DNA from: Phoronis australis
Lineage: Eukaryota > Animalia > Phoronida
Assembly (NCBI GenBank): GCA_002633005.1
Contig: NMRA01000639.1
Span: 139,609 to 203,608, forward strand
Length of the DNA stretch: 64,000 nucleotides
Direction: 5' to 3'
The position numbers were made by a program, and so were the translations under genes. The notes below the pieces were generated by a model, which saw nothing but the letters and a program-made list of their open reading frames with translations, was not told the DNA's origin and made no database searches. Shown here one piece after another: positions 35,903-49,400 of this stretch. Positions within the stretch are counted from its first letter, which is position 1. Each line of letters opens with the position of its first letter.

Positions 35903-37429
35903 CTTGACTATTTCTTGGGATTTTGATCAGCGCTCCAAACTAATTGATCGAACTTCTTTACGTGATCATATCCAGTCCTGTTAGCCAACCAGTAATACCC
36001 TGAAACATTAAAATAACTGTTTTTATTTTTATTTCAGCAATTCGCAATAGCTTTGTGACTTAATTATAGCTGACAATGTTGTGTATTTAAGACCAGCCTC
36101 ATGATGGATTCGAATTTTCGACCTCGGCGGACTATCGTAGTCTTGTCATTTTGTTGGTAGCGCCGAAAGCCAATGCGTCAAGTATCTGAACATTTAACAG
36201 ATAAAGTCATCACTTCAGTTTCAGTTAAATACACCAAATGACTGCAAGCCGGTATCGGGAATCCGCGATTTCTAATAACAACACAAAAACAGAATTTTGC
36301 TGTTTTACAGCTCTGGTCAAATCGAAGTCTATAGAACCAAACAATAATAAAATCTCAAAAAACATTTTTCATCCCAAAACCACAAGTGTCCCTTAAGTTA
36401 TCATGATCTTATAAAAATTTGTTGAAAGTGAAATAAGAAATTTAACAAATGAATTGAAAACTCACGCCGACAAGCATTCAACCATAACTTTTTATTCATT
36501 ATAAACAGGGCTCGATTTGGTGACCCGCAAGTCGCCAATGCGACCTCACACCTCAGATTTTGTTTGGCATCCTAGTAAAAATCCCAGGTGGCTAAGAAGC
36601 CATCGTGCTACATCTGAGCATGTATTCTAAATACTAAAGGAAGTGAACAGATGGAAATCGGAATCGTTCGGAAAAAATGTGAGGACCCGATCGCTTCGGA
36701 ATCCTCAGGTTGCAAGAGGCGAGCCTGTGCATGGAACATTGTGCCTGAGAGGAAGACATAGGTCGTTAACGAGCATACAAGACACTCTGAATATTCCATT
36801 TAAGTAAAAACAAAAAAAAAAACGCCAGATGATTTTGGGTACACCGGCGACATCTGCTGAGTTCACCAGTTCACTACTTTATCGTGTCAGTAACAATCAC
36901 CAAGCTAATTCAGTCAGTATAAACTGTAAAGAGCCTGTAAAGGAACATTAAAGAGTCATTGGCCATTCAGGACCAGCACGCTTCTGGTGCTCTGAATAAC
37001 ATGCAGAGCTCAGTGACCCTACAGCTATGGTGACGACCTATTTACTATTTCCTGTCATTGTTGCTACACTCATTTCACTTCATGGATGTAACTTGACTCG
37101 TATGTCGACACTTGATGTCTTATTGCTTATAACCTGATGATGTCTAATGAATACACGGAATGTCGAATCAATATGAACTTTTTCATTTGTGTTGCGATTG
37201 TCTGTTTTTTGATCCTATTATGGCCAAAAACTGATGTCATAAACAACTTATTTATTTCGTTTTCAGCTCCTGCCACCGAGATTTGGCGACCTCAGTTTTG
37301 GTTTGGCGACCTGGGAATTTTAACAGGTTGCATTTGGTGAGATGACATTAAGATAAGCGCTAAGCCCAGATAAAGCATTTTTACCTTCTAAAACTTTTGG
37401 ATGGTGGTGATGAAGGTATTTTCTGTGTT
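35903..37429 (-). other. Candidate upstream exons of the pseudokinase transcript: 37429-37385 and 35999-35903
   Basis: Each has a T-rich tract plus AG acceptor and an AAG|GTA donor. The phases join into one frame. No transcript evidence. Confidence 0.35.
36506..37369. mobile_element. Degenerate hAT-like MITE
   Basis: Ends cagggct... and ...agcccag (imperfect TIR), with subterminal gcgacc/gtcgcc motifs repeated near both ends. The TSD is not clean. Confidence 0.4.
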
Positions 37430-39369
37430 CTATAATAAAATAAAATAAAATAAAAATACCTCATAAACAAATCATCACAAGCAATAAAATTATCATGCTC
37501 AATATGTACATCAGTAAGGAAACAACAAAGAGATATAAATGCAAAAATAACATAATTAAATGAAACTGAATACATGGGTCATTTCCATGAGAACTCAACA
37601 AGAGGGTGTACATACACCCAAACAAAACAACGAGGGTGTGCATCTTCACTTAGGGTGAAAGTGTTTTTGATAGTTCACCTTGGGTTATTAAGAACACATC
37701 AAAAATTAGTTATCAGTTCTTCACTAGTTTGAAATATTGGCATGTAAAAATGGAGGGTCGTGCCTTTCCCTCCATGAATGTGATGGTAATTTTTGATTTT
37801 GACAATTTCACGTCTTCAATATTACTTAAAGCTGCATTCCCCTCATTTAGTTGAGATAAAATCAATCCCATAATATTCCATTATGATACAATTCCATTTA
37901 CGTTACCAGTAAGAACTTCTAGAGCGTCAATAAAGCAACCCGAGAAACCATAATGACTCAAGAAAATGCTTCATGGTTCGTTGGCCGACCCTGAATCGAA
38001 AATGGTGCATTTCCTAGGATCACATTGGCAACAGAAATGGAATCCTATCACGGTGAGGGATTATACGAGATAGATTGTATGGGAGTACAAGACCTGGTTC
38101 CATTTTTGTTTTTTAGCCAGCTAAATGGGACAAAATGCACCATTAATTCATCACACTAAAACTTTTAATATTAGGTAAGTGGATATTATTTTTTTCAATT
38201 GCGACATCAGAATCATCTTATCTCACAGCATGTACAAATACAGTGACTTCAAGATTATTTAATCACCAGATATATAACTTCCTTTTCTGTATGTTACACT
38301 GTGAGCTACATGAAGCATGGCTCCAAAAAGAGCTTCTACTGGGCAAAACAGGCTATGAGTGGGCAATTATCAAACCAACGTGATTTTATTCACACATTTG
38401 TGCATGTCTTACAAGGACAAAGTAAAATCTAGTTGTTTTGGATCTGCTTCAAAGAAAAGTTTAACTTTCATTATAAGGCAATTTGCCAAAAACATGATTT
38501 GTGCAGTTACATTGTGTTATTGTTTCTACTAACGCTATGTACTGCCACTTGATTCATGCCCGATGACAACAAATACCTTTCATTCTGTTGCATTTCAAGT
38601 CTATATCATAGCTGTATCAAGGATAGTTCTTCAACTCTTAGGAGCGCCACCTATTGGCTGAAGCCTAAACCTGCACAACTGCACCATTAGGGTATGATTC
38701 AACAGGATACTAGGACTTTCTTTTAAATACTTTGCATTAATGAGGCTAGTCTGGTCAATGCTTGCCAGGCTCTTTTGAAGTACATTTGACTTTCGCTAGT
38801 TGGAACTGGCTGCGGACAACAGGTGGCACTGATAAACATTAGTCAGTGACCAAATGTTGTCAATGGAAGTCGTCATAATCTTAGCAAAACACTGAAACAG
38901 CTGGTGACGAACAACGTCAAGTCAGTGCAAAAATTATGTTCTTTTGCCAACTGTATAATTTCTGAAGCTGAACTTTAGAAGCAAGCAGGTCCAAAAACAA
39001 ACAGATTTTTTAGTAGATTCTAATAAGGCATAAAAATGTGTGGACCTTATCTCAAAAAGTCTGACATGCTTTTCACTAAAAGTCATTTTCGCAGCTCTGT
39101 GATCCCAGCAGATTTTTTTTGAAGGCCTGGCTGAATTAGCTTCAAATCTGGCATCCACAGAATTGAAATGCACTATCTGAGTAATGTTGATCATAAAACC
39201 TCATAGTGAGGAACTACTTGACACATGTTCATACTATATATCCAGTATGAGCTTGAAAAAAATTAAACCAAATCTACGATGGCCACCCGAATTTTTTTCA
39301 ATTATGGTTGATTTCACATGGAATGATCCATATCAACATTTTTATCTACAATGACCTTATCAGGTTCAC

Positions 39370-39490
39370 GAGGAGGCAGTGTGGCCTGGTTGATCAGTGC
39401 CCGCTTTCTTTACTCGAGGTCGTGAGTTCAGTTCCCACCAGTTCACACTGCTAAACCCTTGAGCCAGGTTTCTAGCTCCTCAGCTCGGTT
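39370..39490 (+). mobile_element. tRNA-derived SINE head, copy with degraded B box
   Basis: Counterpart of 41227-41350 within the duplication. The B box reads gagttcagttcc. Confidence 0.55.
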
Positions 39491-41226
39491 TTAACCACAT
39501 ATTAATAAAGCATAAAAATATTTCCAGGTGATCAGTGCAATGGGCCCACATGCGAGGCCTGCGCATGTACCAGACCGCCTGCAATTATTTTTTTTATCAC
39601 ATTCACGGAAAGATAGCATTTGTTGACCTACCTTGTGACCTGTTGATCTTTCGCCAATAGAGATAGCCAAAGCCTGCAGCAGCAAGTTCTATAAGAAACA
39701 ATCCTTTCAACAAGTCACCACCGAGTGTTGATTTTTTGGGAAACTTTTGCAGCATTGTCCATCAGCGCTGTAACGATATTTAAATGAAAGTTCTCTGACA
39801 GAGCGACACTTGACAAATTTGACTGAACAAAGGAGTATAAGTGATCACAATGGAAGCGTCTCCTAAGACGACAACACTCATTTCACCNCAGAAATGGAAT
39901 CCTATCACGGTGAGGGATTATACGAGATAGATTGTATGGGAGTACAAGACCTGGTTCCATTTTTGTTTTTTAGCCAGCTAAATGGGACAAAATGCACCAT
40001 TAATTCATCACACTAAAACTTTTAATATTAGGTAAGTGGATATTATTTTTTTCAATTGCGACATCAGAATCATCTTATCTCACAGCATGTACAAATACAG
40101 TGACTTCAAGATTATTTAATCACCAGATATATAACTTCCTTTTCTGTATGTTACACTGTGAGCTACATGAAGCATGGCTCCAAAAAGAGCTTCTACTGGG
40201 CAAAACAGGCTATGAGTGGGCAATTATCAAACCAACGTGATTTTATTCACACATTTGTGCATGTCTTACAAGGACAAAGTAAAATCTAGTTGTTTTGGAT
40301 CTGCTTCAAAGAAAAGTTTAACTTTCATTATAAGGCAATTTGCCAAAAACATGATTTGTGCAGTTACATTGTGTTATTGTTTCTACTAACGCTATGTACT
40401 GCCACTTGATGCATGCCTGATGACAATAAATACCTTTCAATCTGTTGCATTTCAAGTCTATATCATAGCTGTATCAGGATAGTACTTCAACTCTTAGGAG
40501 CGCCACCTATTGGCTGAAGACTAAACCTGCACAACTGCACCATTAGGGTATGATTCAAGAGGATACTAGGACTTTCTTTGAAATACTTTGCACTACTGAG
40601 GCTAGTCTGGTCAATGCTTGTCAGGCTCTTTTGAAGTGCATTTGACTTTCGCTGGTTGGAACTGGCTGAGGACAACAGGTGGCACTGATAAACATTAGTC
40701 AATGATCAGGTGTTGCTAATGGAAGTCATCATAATCTTGGCAAAACACTGAAACAGCTGGTGACGAACAACGTCAAGTCAGTGCAAAAATTATGTTATTT
40801 TTTGCCAACTGTAGAATTTCTGAAGCTAAACTTTAGAAGCAATCGGGTCCAAAAACAAACTGATTTTTTAGTAGATTCTAATAAGGCATAAAAATGTGTG
40901 GACGTTATCTCAAAAAGTCATGCTTTTCACTAAAAGTCATTTTCGCAGCTCTGTGATCCCAGCAGATTTTTTTTTGAAGCCCTGAATTAGCATCAAATCT
41001 GGCATCAACAGAATTGAAATGCACTATCTGAGTAATGTTGATCTTAAAACCTCATAGTGAGGAACTACTTGACACATGTTCATACTATATGTCAAGTATG
41101 AGCTTAAAAAAAAAATTAAACCAAATCTAAGATGGCCACCCAAAATTTCTTTCAATTATTATGGTTAATTTCAAATGAAAGGATCCACATCAACATTTTT
41201 TTCTACAATGACCTTATCACATTCAC

Positions 41227-41350
41227 GAGGAGGCAGTGTGGCCCGGTTGATAAGTGCCCGCTTTCTTTACTCGAGGTCGTGGGTTCGAGTCCCACCAGGT
41301 CACACTGCTAAACCCTTGAGCCAGGTTTCTAGCTCCTAAGCTCGGTTTTA
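41227..41350 (+). mobile_element. tRNA-derived SINE head
   Basis: A-box-like tggcccggttga and B box ggttcgagtcc at tRNA spacing, followed by a cccttgagccagg core-like segment. No paired acceptor stem. Confidence 0.65.
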
Positions 41351-42038
41351 ACCATATATCAATAAAGCATAAAAATATTTCCAGGTGATCAGTGCAATGG
41401 GCCCACATGCGAGGCCTGCGCATGTCTGGTACAACGTGTATCAGACCCCCTGCAATTATTTTTTTATCATGTTCACGGAAAGATAGCATTTGTTGACCTA
41501 CCTTGTGACCTGTTGATCTTTCGCCAATAGAGATAGCCAAAGCCTGCAGCAGCAAGTTCTATAAGAAACAATCCTTTCAACAAGTCACCACCGAGTGTTG
41601 ATTTCTTGGGAAACTTTTGCAGCATTGTCCATCAGCGCTGTAACGATGTTTAAATGAAAGTTCTCTGACAGAGCGACACTTGACGAATTTGACTGAACAA
41701 AGGAGTATAAGTGATCACGAAGGAAGCTTCTACTAAGACAACAACGCTCATGTCACCATTGACGAGGCAGAGCCAGAGGATGACCTCAGAGATCATGACA
41801 TCACCACTGCCACTCAATAAGAGTGACAGTGCTGCAAGAAACACTGACAGCATAATCAATGAAGATGATGACGCTGACTTGAATACTGATGACAATACTG
41901 ATATACCCACAACAATTGATTATTCAAAACATGGCCACCACAGCACCATCTTGTATCTGATTTTGACCAAAAAATAGTCCTCAAGCTTTTCATGAGATAT
42001 AATTTAGTGCAAGTTTCATGTAGATTGAGCGAAAAATG

Positions 42039-42167
42039 TATACTGTATCCTGTATCTGATAGACCAACAAGAGAAATCAATCTATACTGTATCCTGTATC
42101 TGATAGACCAACAAGAGAAATCAATCTATACTGTATCCTGTATCTGATAGACCAACAAGAGAAATCA
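42039..42167 (+). repeat. 44-bp tandem repeat, about 3 copies
   Basis: tatactgtatcctgtatctgatagaccaacaagagaaatcaatc starting at 42039, 42083 and 42127. Confidence 0.95.
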
Positions 42168-42170
42168 TAT

Positions 42171-42480
42171 GCCGGAAGCTTTTCGGCGAATTATGTCTCA
42201 TACTGATTAACCAAAGTCGTATTGTTATATAAGTATCTTTTGCGCAAAGAGGGACATCTTAGGAGGCCGTCCATGTCTTTAATTCATTCCAACTTGAACA
42301 AAGTACTCTCATAATTAAACCTTTTCTTCGAGCAGCCCTTCGTTCAGTTGCTCAAATCTGCAACTTACCATTATTACACTACGCACGCTCCTATTTTTAC
42401 AGCGCCTGCCAGGGGCACACGCAGAGTTAAAAACGGCCAGTTGCTGATTTGGGCAACTGAACCAAGGCCTACCAGAAGAA
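42171..42480 (+). mobile_element. Foldback/long-TIR element, same family as 800-1375, cut by an N at 42481
   Basis: Matches the 800-1022 copy. Internal inverted repeat: ttcagttgctcaaatctgcaact versus agttgctgatttgggcaactgaa. Confidence 0.65.
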
Positions 42481-43462
42481 NTGACGAAATGTTCGTTTAG
42501 AACAAGTGTTTGAAATAGTTCATTAATGAACCCTTTAGTGCGGAATACAGTTCATTACATTCGCAAATTATTCTATATACCAATAAATTCAGCTCAAAGT
42601 TGAAGGTCGCGGGAACAGGCGACTTTTTCAACTTTTAAGTGCAGGAAAGTGAAAACTACCTACATAATCGTGTTCGCAAGGCTCCCTTTTGTTCTTTCAC
42701 GAAGTTTCACGTAAAAATTCGCGAGTTTAGTCTTCTCCTGGGTTGAAAACCAAATAGCACTCATTTTTACCGGCATCCATTTTGGTCTGAAAAATCGGTC
42801 ACGTCCCTGCAAAAAACTCGTACAAAGTATTATTAAACGAATTTTGCGACAAAAAAAGATTATCAGATAAGTAAAACAATATATTTTTTCATATTTTGCA
42901 ATAATTTTTATTCACTTTTATTACATTTTTGAGTTATTTTTTGCCGATTGTAGTGAGCGAATTTAACACGGTGACAGATACGCGAAGCGATTCGCTGAAG
43001 AATGCTGTCCTCGCTACCAAGGGCAAGGAAGGGCAATGTTTTGAAAAACGCAAAAGAAAATGACCCTGATACTGCCAACAATCCTAGAGTACAGGAGGCA
43101 ACAAAATGTAAGCTGTGACTTTGTTTAAAAAGTTAACCGAAGAGTGCCATCAACAGTAGCATGAATTTTCACAGAAAAATGCAACCAAATGTTTCATAAA
43201 TGTATCCCCATTCACCCCATTGTCTTACATCAGTTCATCAGCAAACCAGAGCTCTCCTTAAGAAGAAAACACAAATGAGAAGATGATGTACAACAAAATA
43301 CAGCAATTTCTATTGGTCAATAGATACAACTTAATATTTTTTAACCAATCGTGAAGTACATTGCAATTGAAGATATTTTAAAGATGGTGGTCGTGATAGA
43401 CAGTCGGTGAAAAAATTCCACGTTGCAATATTTTGCGTTTTCGTATGTTTTATCGCTAAAAT

Positions 43463-46400
43463 ATGGCAGCACATGGTAGTCAATTGCGATTTCAACCGGG
43501 ACAAACGGTACTAAATATCGGAGAACTCAATGAAGTTGATCTGAAGTCAGGTGAATATTGTTTAAGGACATCCATCCAATCTGCTGGACAAGCTTAGCCA
43601 CTGGTCGGATATAGCGATCCCTGCTTTTGTCTTGAGAACCAGTTTCATCCTCAGTTGCTAAGCTTTTAACTAATACAGCCTAAGACACTCTTAACTTGTT
43701 AACAGCCGCTTGACATGATACTATAATGAAGAGAAAGGATTACAACTGCTATCAATATGGTCGCCCACTAGGCACTTCCGAAACAACTCAAATCAGTCAA
43801 ATCACGCCAATCTGGGTGTAACGTACACATGTTATGTGCGACTTGCACATTCAATAGTTTATGGAATTCCAAGTCTGTCAGGTAACACGCACACGTAGAT
43901 TTTACACGTTTACAGGTTATGCCAACTTTTAAAATAGATGTGCCGATTCCTGAGCCAACGAATGTAGTTCATTCACAAGAGGATGTCAACGATCGCGTAA
44001 TTAATACCCCTCATGAAATTCAAACTTGTACACGAGAACGGCTGAAAGGTGGCGAATTGACGGAATTTTGAGAGAACTGCTGGTGCTTCAATCCTTCATA
44101 CAACTCCCAATGTGAAACAAGGACTGTCATTCAGCTAGCACTTCATGTCAGTCATATGACTTGGGGTCAAGTGCCTTTTGGGGTTGGACTGAAATGCGTT
44201 CAGCGGTTACGTTATTTTGTCATCGGAGCACATCAACCCATTACAAAATAGATTTTAATGGGTAAATGAGTCAACGCGAACGTGTTGATGTGTAAAACGT
44301 GTACGCGTTACCTAATGACACACTTGGAATTCCATACTAATTATATGGCTTTAAAAATTGACTTATTAGTCGGCAAGATTTTGACGTTTTTTGGCCGGGT
44401 AAATAGCAGGTTATTTTTTCGACAAGTTGACATGTTACACAAGTCGACCAAAGACAAGGGCATGCATTGTCTGGTGAATAGTAAAAGTAGGTTTTGTGGC
44501 CAATTTGTCAGATGAATGTTGGAAAATCTGTTTCTAGCCTAGTGATTTCAAGCTCGTCCTATGCAGTAAAATTCTAATATATTGGTGTGCATAGGGTCCA
44601 AGTAGGTTGTGGAGAACATTCTTCAACAACTGACATGACTTTGGTCAAACTGACAATTAAATTCTTAAGTACCATAATAGCTCACTTGCGAGTTTCTCGT
44701 TAGTCACTGTGGGGGCAAAACCTGCCATATTGCTCTTGTTTTGCCCTGAGTTTTTGCTACACACGCTAAAACTTACTGGAGTTCTTATGGTGAATTTTAC
44801 GCTTAAAATGTTAAAACAACTTAAGATATGGTAGATGGATCGTGGAATAACTGTGAATGGACGAAGAAAATGTGAACTTGTTATGTTGTGCGAAGCTGTG
44901 AACGGACTGAAATTGGAACTTAACCCGCTCTAGGCCTGAGTGCTGCAGGCATACAGGGGCGATAGTGTATCCCCATAAAAAGATATTCACTTCAAAATAC
45001 AGCAAATAAAATCAAATGAAACATGCATATGTGTACATGAAGTTATAATTAACACATACTCTGACTCTGGACACAATTTAGTCTACAAATAACTTGAGCA
45101 TATCCATGAAAACCTCGCGGTTCTCTCGAGTTTCTCTCACTGACCGCCANNNNNNNNNNNNNNNNNNNNNNNNNNNNNNNNNNNNNNNNNNNNNNNNNNN
45201 NNNNNNNNNNNNNNNNNNNNNNNNNNNNNNNNNNNNNNNNNNNNNNNNNNNNNNNNNNNNNNNNNNNNNNNNNNNNNNNNNNNNNNNNNNNNNNNNNNNN
45301 NNNNNNNNNNNNNNNNNNNNNNNNNNNNNNNNNNNNNNNNNNNNNNNNNNNNNNNNNNNNNNNNNNNNNNNNNNNNNNNNNNNNNNNNNNNNNNNNNNNN
45401 NNNNNNNNNNNNNNNNNNNNNNNNNNNNNNNNNNNNNNNNNNNNNNNNNNNNNNNNNNNNNNNNNNNNNNNNNNNNNNNNNNNNNNNNNNNNNNNNNNNN
45501 NNNNNNNNNNNNNNNNNNNNNNNNNNNNNNNNNNNNNNNNNNNNNNNNNNNNNNNNNNNNNNNNNNNNNNNNNNNNNNNNNNNNNNNNNNNNNNNNNNNN
45601 NNNNNNNNNNNNNNNNNNNNNNNNNNNNNNNNNNNNNNNNNNNNNNNNNNNNNNNNNNNNNNNNNNNNNNNNNNNNNNNNNNNNNNNNNNNNNNNNNNNN
45701 NNNNNNNNNNNNNNNNNNNNNNNNNNNNNNNNNNNNNNNNNNNNNNNNNNNNNNNNNNNNNNNNNNNNNNNNNNNNNNNNNNNNNNNNNNNNNNNNNNNN
45801 NNNNNNNNNNNNNNNNNNNNNNNNNNNNNNNNNNNNNNNNNNNNNNNNNNNNNNNNNNNNNNNNNNNNNNNNNNNNNNNNNNNNNNNNNNNNNNNNNACA
45901 CATTCAGCAACTGTTACACTCGTCGATTCAATAACCTGCTGTCTCTATAGCTGGCTCTCTATTGACTATCGCTGTAAGTGCTGATTCTCTTCACTGCAAC
46001 TCAACTGTAATTCTCCTGATTAACTTTCTTGAACTTCTGATGAACTGACTTGATCTCCTGATGAACTGACTTGATCTCATGACTTGATCTCATCTCTAAC
46101 ACTAACCCGTGCTTGTGTATTTATACCCTAATGCATTGTTCTGGAACTTTTTATTAATTCAAGCACATTCTAGAACTTTTCTGAATCTACCCAACCATTC
46201 TACAAACATGTACTAATCTCTAGAATATTCCAGACTGCACTAATCACTGTCATGCTAGAGTCTTCTAGAAAGTTCCTCACTATATTGTAGTAAACAAATG
46301 ACATCATCATTCTACTGACCTCAGTCTTCTAGAAATTCCATACTATTCTGTAGTAAACATCATCATTGTACTTAACTCAGGGGTCATGCCAATCAAACAG

Positions 46401-49400
46401 AATAACAAAACAAAACAATACAACTAAAAATACTGTCAGACTACGGTATATTCTGACAGATTACCTTCTCACAAAAATAATTGATATTTTACCAAATGTT
46501 GTTTTGTGACATCTACACAACTTAAACTAAGCAAATAACAGACTCTCAGAAACATTCTTAATCTTAAATTTGTTGAGAAAATTGACAATGTCACCTTTCA
46601 CTTGTCTGTCATTTGTGTGCTATAGTAGATGAAGCATTTCTTCTGTCAACCTGGATCCATAACAAAAGTCAATGCAATGTGCTGATTTACGACTGTGATC
46701 GTCCATTTCAGATCTCCGCCACAGAAATCAAGTTCTCCACAAAGAATACCTGGATGGCACCATTCACCCGTTCACCAATAATAAAAAATCGTTCATTTCT
46801 AGTGTATCCAAAGAGTTGGGAAGTATCATCACAGAGCCCCAGGTGAGTTGTAATACAAGTGGTGTCGGCCTATTTTTATGCAGGCACACTCACCACACAT
46901 ACACACATGGGTTTGGCAGAGGTTGGTGGGTATTTGCTCTTTCGGGTATTATCTTGATCGGTATTTTAACTTCAAATTGGTTTTATCTTAATTTGTATGT
47001 GTTTTTGTATTGGTAACATCCTATTGGTCAGAAAACAAAACTAGGGGATGGGGGGGATTGGGTTTGTTTCTTTGTAACTGGCTCAGTTGCCTAGGTAAGT
47101 GTTGGCGTCCCCTTCTAGTGGCGGTCAAAATCTCTTAGAACACTCTGTTACAATTAGCTTAATTAGCTTCGATTATGCAACTTAGCCCCTGTATTTATCT
47201 TTCTACTGAGGAGATTGAGTATAATGTGGCTACTTTTTGCAAAAATGTTAGTAATTAAAAATAACTGTCATTTGTCATTTTTAGGCCAAATCCACGGTGA
47301 TATTGATTGTTGTGAATCTCGTCTGTACAGTACTACTGTTCATGTGGTGTCACACCACAAATAGTATGGGTAAGTCTGTTGAAGGCCTTCCATAGTATAG
47401 GTAGGCCTTCCATAGTTTAGTTGTTACTGAACCTTCATCTATTTCTAGTATTGTTTTTTAAAGTTTATTTGATTCAATAGGTGAGATTACTGCCCAGAAA
47501 TCACCAAATGAAATCTGAAGCCGCCAAACCTTACGTCGAAGTCGTCGACTTAAAAAAGGGCCGTTCCGTACTCCACTCTCAGAAACTATACGCAAACCTC
47601 TTCAGTTTTTCCCAGTGGAAAAATATGCACCTTTCACAATTACTCAATTCCTCCTGCCAATGGAGATAGAACGCAGACGATCGCATGTACATTGGAGGCT
47701 TGTGTTCCACCCATGTTTATATTACTTTTATTAAAAATACAAATCCTTGTTATCTTGAAGAGGCATCATTCCATGGTAGTTCCCCAGGCGTGTATCTAAT
47801 ATCCATGTAGCAATGCAAACTTATGCAAAGAGACCAGCAAATGGCCCGCATCTTGTCTCTGTATTCATTTCAATAGAGCCAACCCGTCATAATCGCTAGT
47901 GAACATGGTCTGTGTCGGTCGCTGTGTCAATACAAGTGAATGCAGAAGTAAGACTGAGGCTTTTTGCTGAGTCATTCCCATCATGCTCTTCTATTCCTTG
48001 GATAACAAATGCTCACTAGAGGAATAATGATAATCATTGGGAACTGTATCTCAAAGATGACTAAGGTTCTGCATGTTTGTAAGTTATTACATTTACATTG
48101 AAAACGACTGTTCCATGTTAAGTATTGGAAATGACTCGATGTTTGGGATTCTTGAAACTGATTTGTTTAATTTATTTTCAGCTCTCACGGCCTTCACCTA
48201 CTTAACGATATTTGATATTCTTTGGTTAGTATATTTCATTGACTAGTATGTAAGAGCTTTGTTCATTGACGTTAAGACTAGAATTTCTTGGTCCTGTAAC
48301 AGTTGTGTTCTGTACAAAAGACAAGTCCTAGGTGGATTCTGTTTCTAGGGGGCGATACTTATAAGTCCATGAAAGAGAATTGTTGAAAATTTGTGTAAGG
48401 TTGTGTAGGACCTTATTAGTAAGTCTATGTATTTAGCCAGTAGTTATTTTCTGAAAGTATAAAGCCCGTTGTTTTTTTCTTTATGCAAATTTGCAAATCA
48501 TTAGGTCACATAGCTATGTGATTTTAGCAAAACTTAATAAAAGGAAAGGTACATTCATAGCACAACAATCGTATCAATAATACAACCAAATTTCATTTGT
48601 CTAAAATATGGGTTCGACATATGAGAGCGAGCGCTCGAAGGTACAAGTAGAATAAGTAAAATACGAGTAGAAAACTGACCACCCCTGTACTATTTGAATG
48701 GCGGAGGAATCGACTTTCAGTGTTTTTTTAGTCGCCACACCTGTGTCAAATACTTTAAATGTTGAAGATGAAATCTCAAAAGCGCTGTTATAATTTTCTA
48801 ATCCATTTCGTTTCGTGTAAATTTTGAGTTATCTCATAAAATATAAAATTCCTAAGTATTTTTGTTAGCTCCTCATGCAAAAGCGGAACATTTTAAAAAC
48901 AGTTCCTAAAAGAATTTTGAAGATCAGTGCATAAGGAATGCTATCTGAAAGTTTCGTATCAATCCGATCAGCCATTTCAGAAATATGACATTCAGAAGTT
49001 AGCCAAATTTGAGAATTTTTTGAAACTTTAATGTGTTGTGAGACTTTGTAATACATTTAGGTCCTGATGTGGCAGTTACCCTCCCTTGTTTCTAGTAAGG
49101 GTTTGAGTTGTTTTGAATCGCCCTCGTATCCGGTAAGTATGCATGATTTTGCAGTAAGACTAAAACCCCATGCTTGTTTTTGCCCACGCACAGGCACTCC
49201 TAAAAACACTGCAGGCCCATAAAGCTCTGTCTAACCTTGCATATATCTCAACGTTACATGCTGTGTGTTCCTTTCCAGTTTGTTAACCTGTCTGTTGACG
49301 CTGTGGGTCCAAACTCAAAAACCTGTTCCTGTCTTTTCATTTGGGTGAGTTTATTGTACTGTTGTGATGTACCACAGCACATTCTCCTTTACTTTAATAA

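Larger units (their letters stand above)
38032..41757 (+). repeat. About 1.86-kb tandem duplication (38032-39887 and 39889-41757) joined by one N
   Basis: Copies look identical by eye over the first about 520 bp, then carry many substitutions and indels. N at 39888. Confidence 0.92.

Noticed and set aside
40433-40790. Minus-strand coding-like stretch in the duplicated block as an upstream exon of the pseudokinase
   Set aside because: Stops in all three frames between the candidate acceptor and donor.
41227-41305. Functional tRNA gene
   Set aside because: A and B boxes are present, but there is no paired acceptor stem and the sequence continues into a SINE-like body.
41711-41977. Thr/Asp-rich 88-aa ORF
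   Set aside because: GTG start, low complexity, no convincing splice signals, and the duplicate copy has an indel near its start.
45049-45984. Three long ORFs of 257-296 aa
   Set aside because: They consist almost entirely of X from the N gap.
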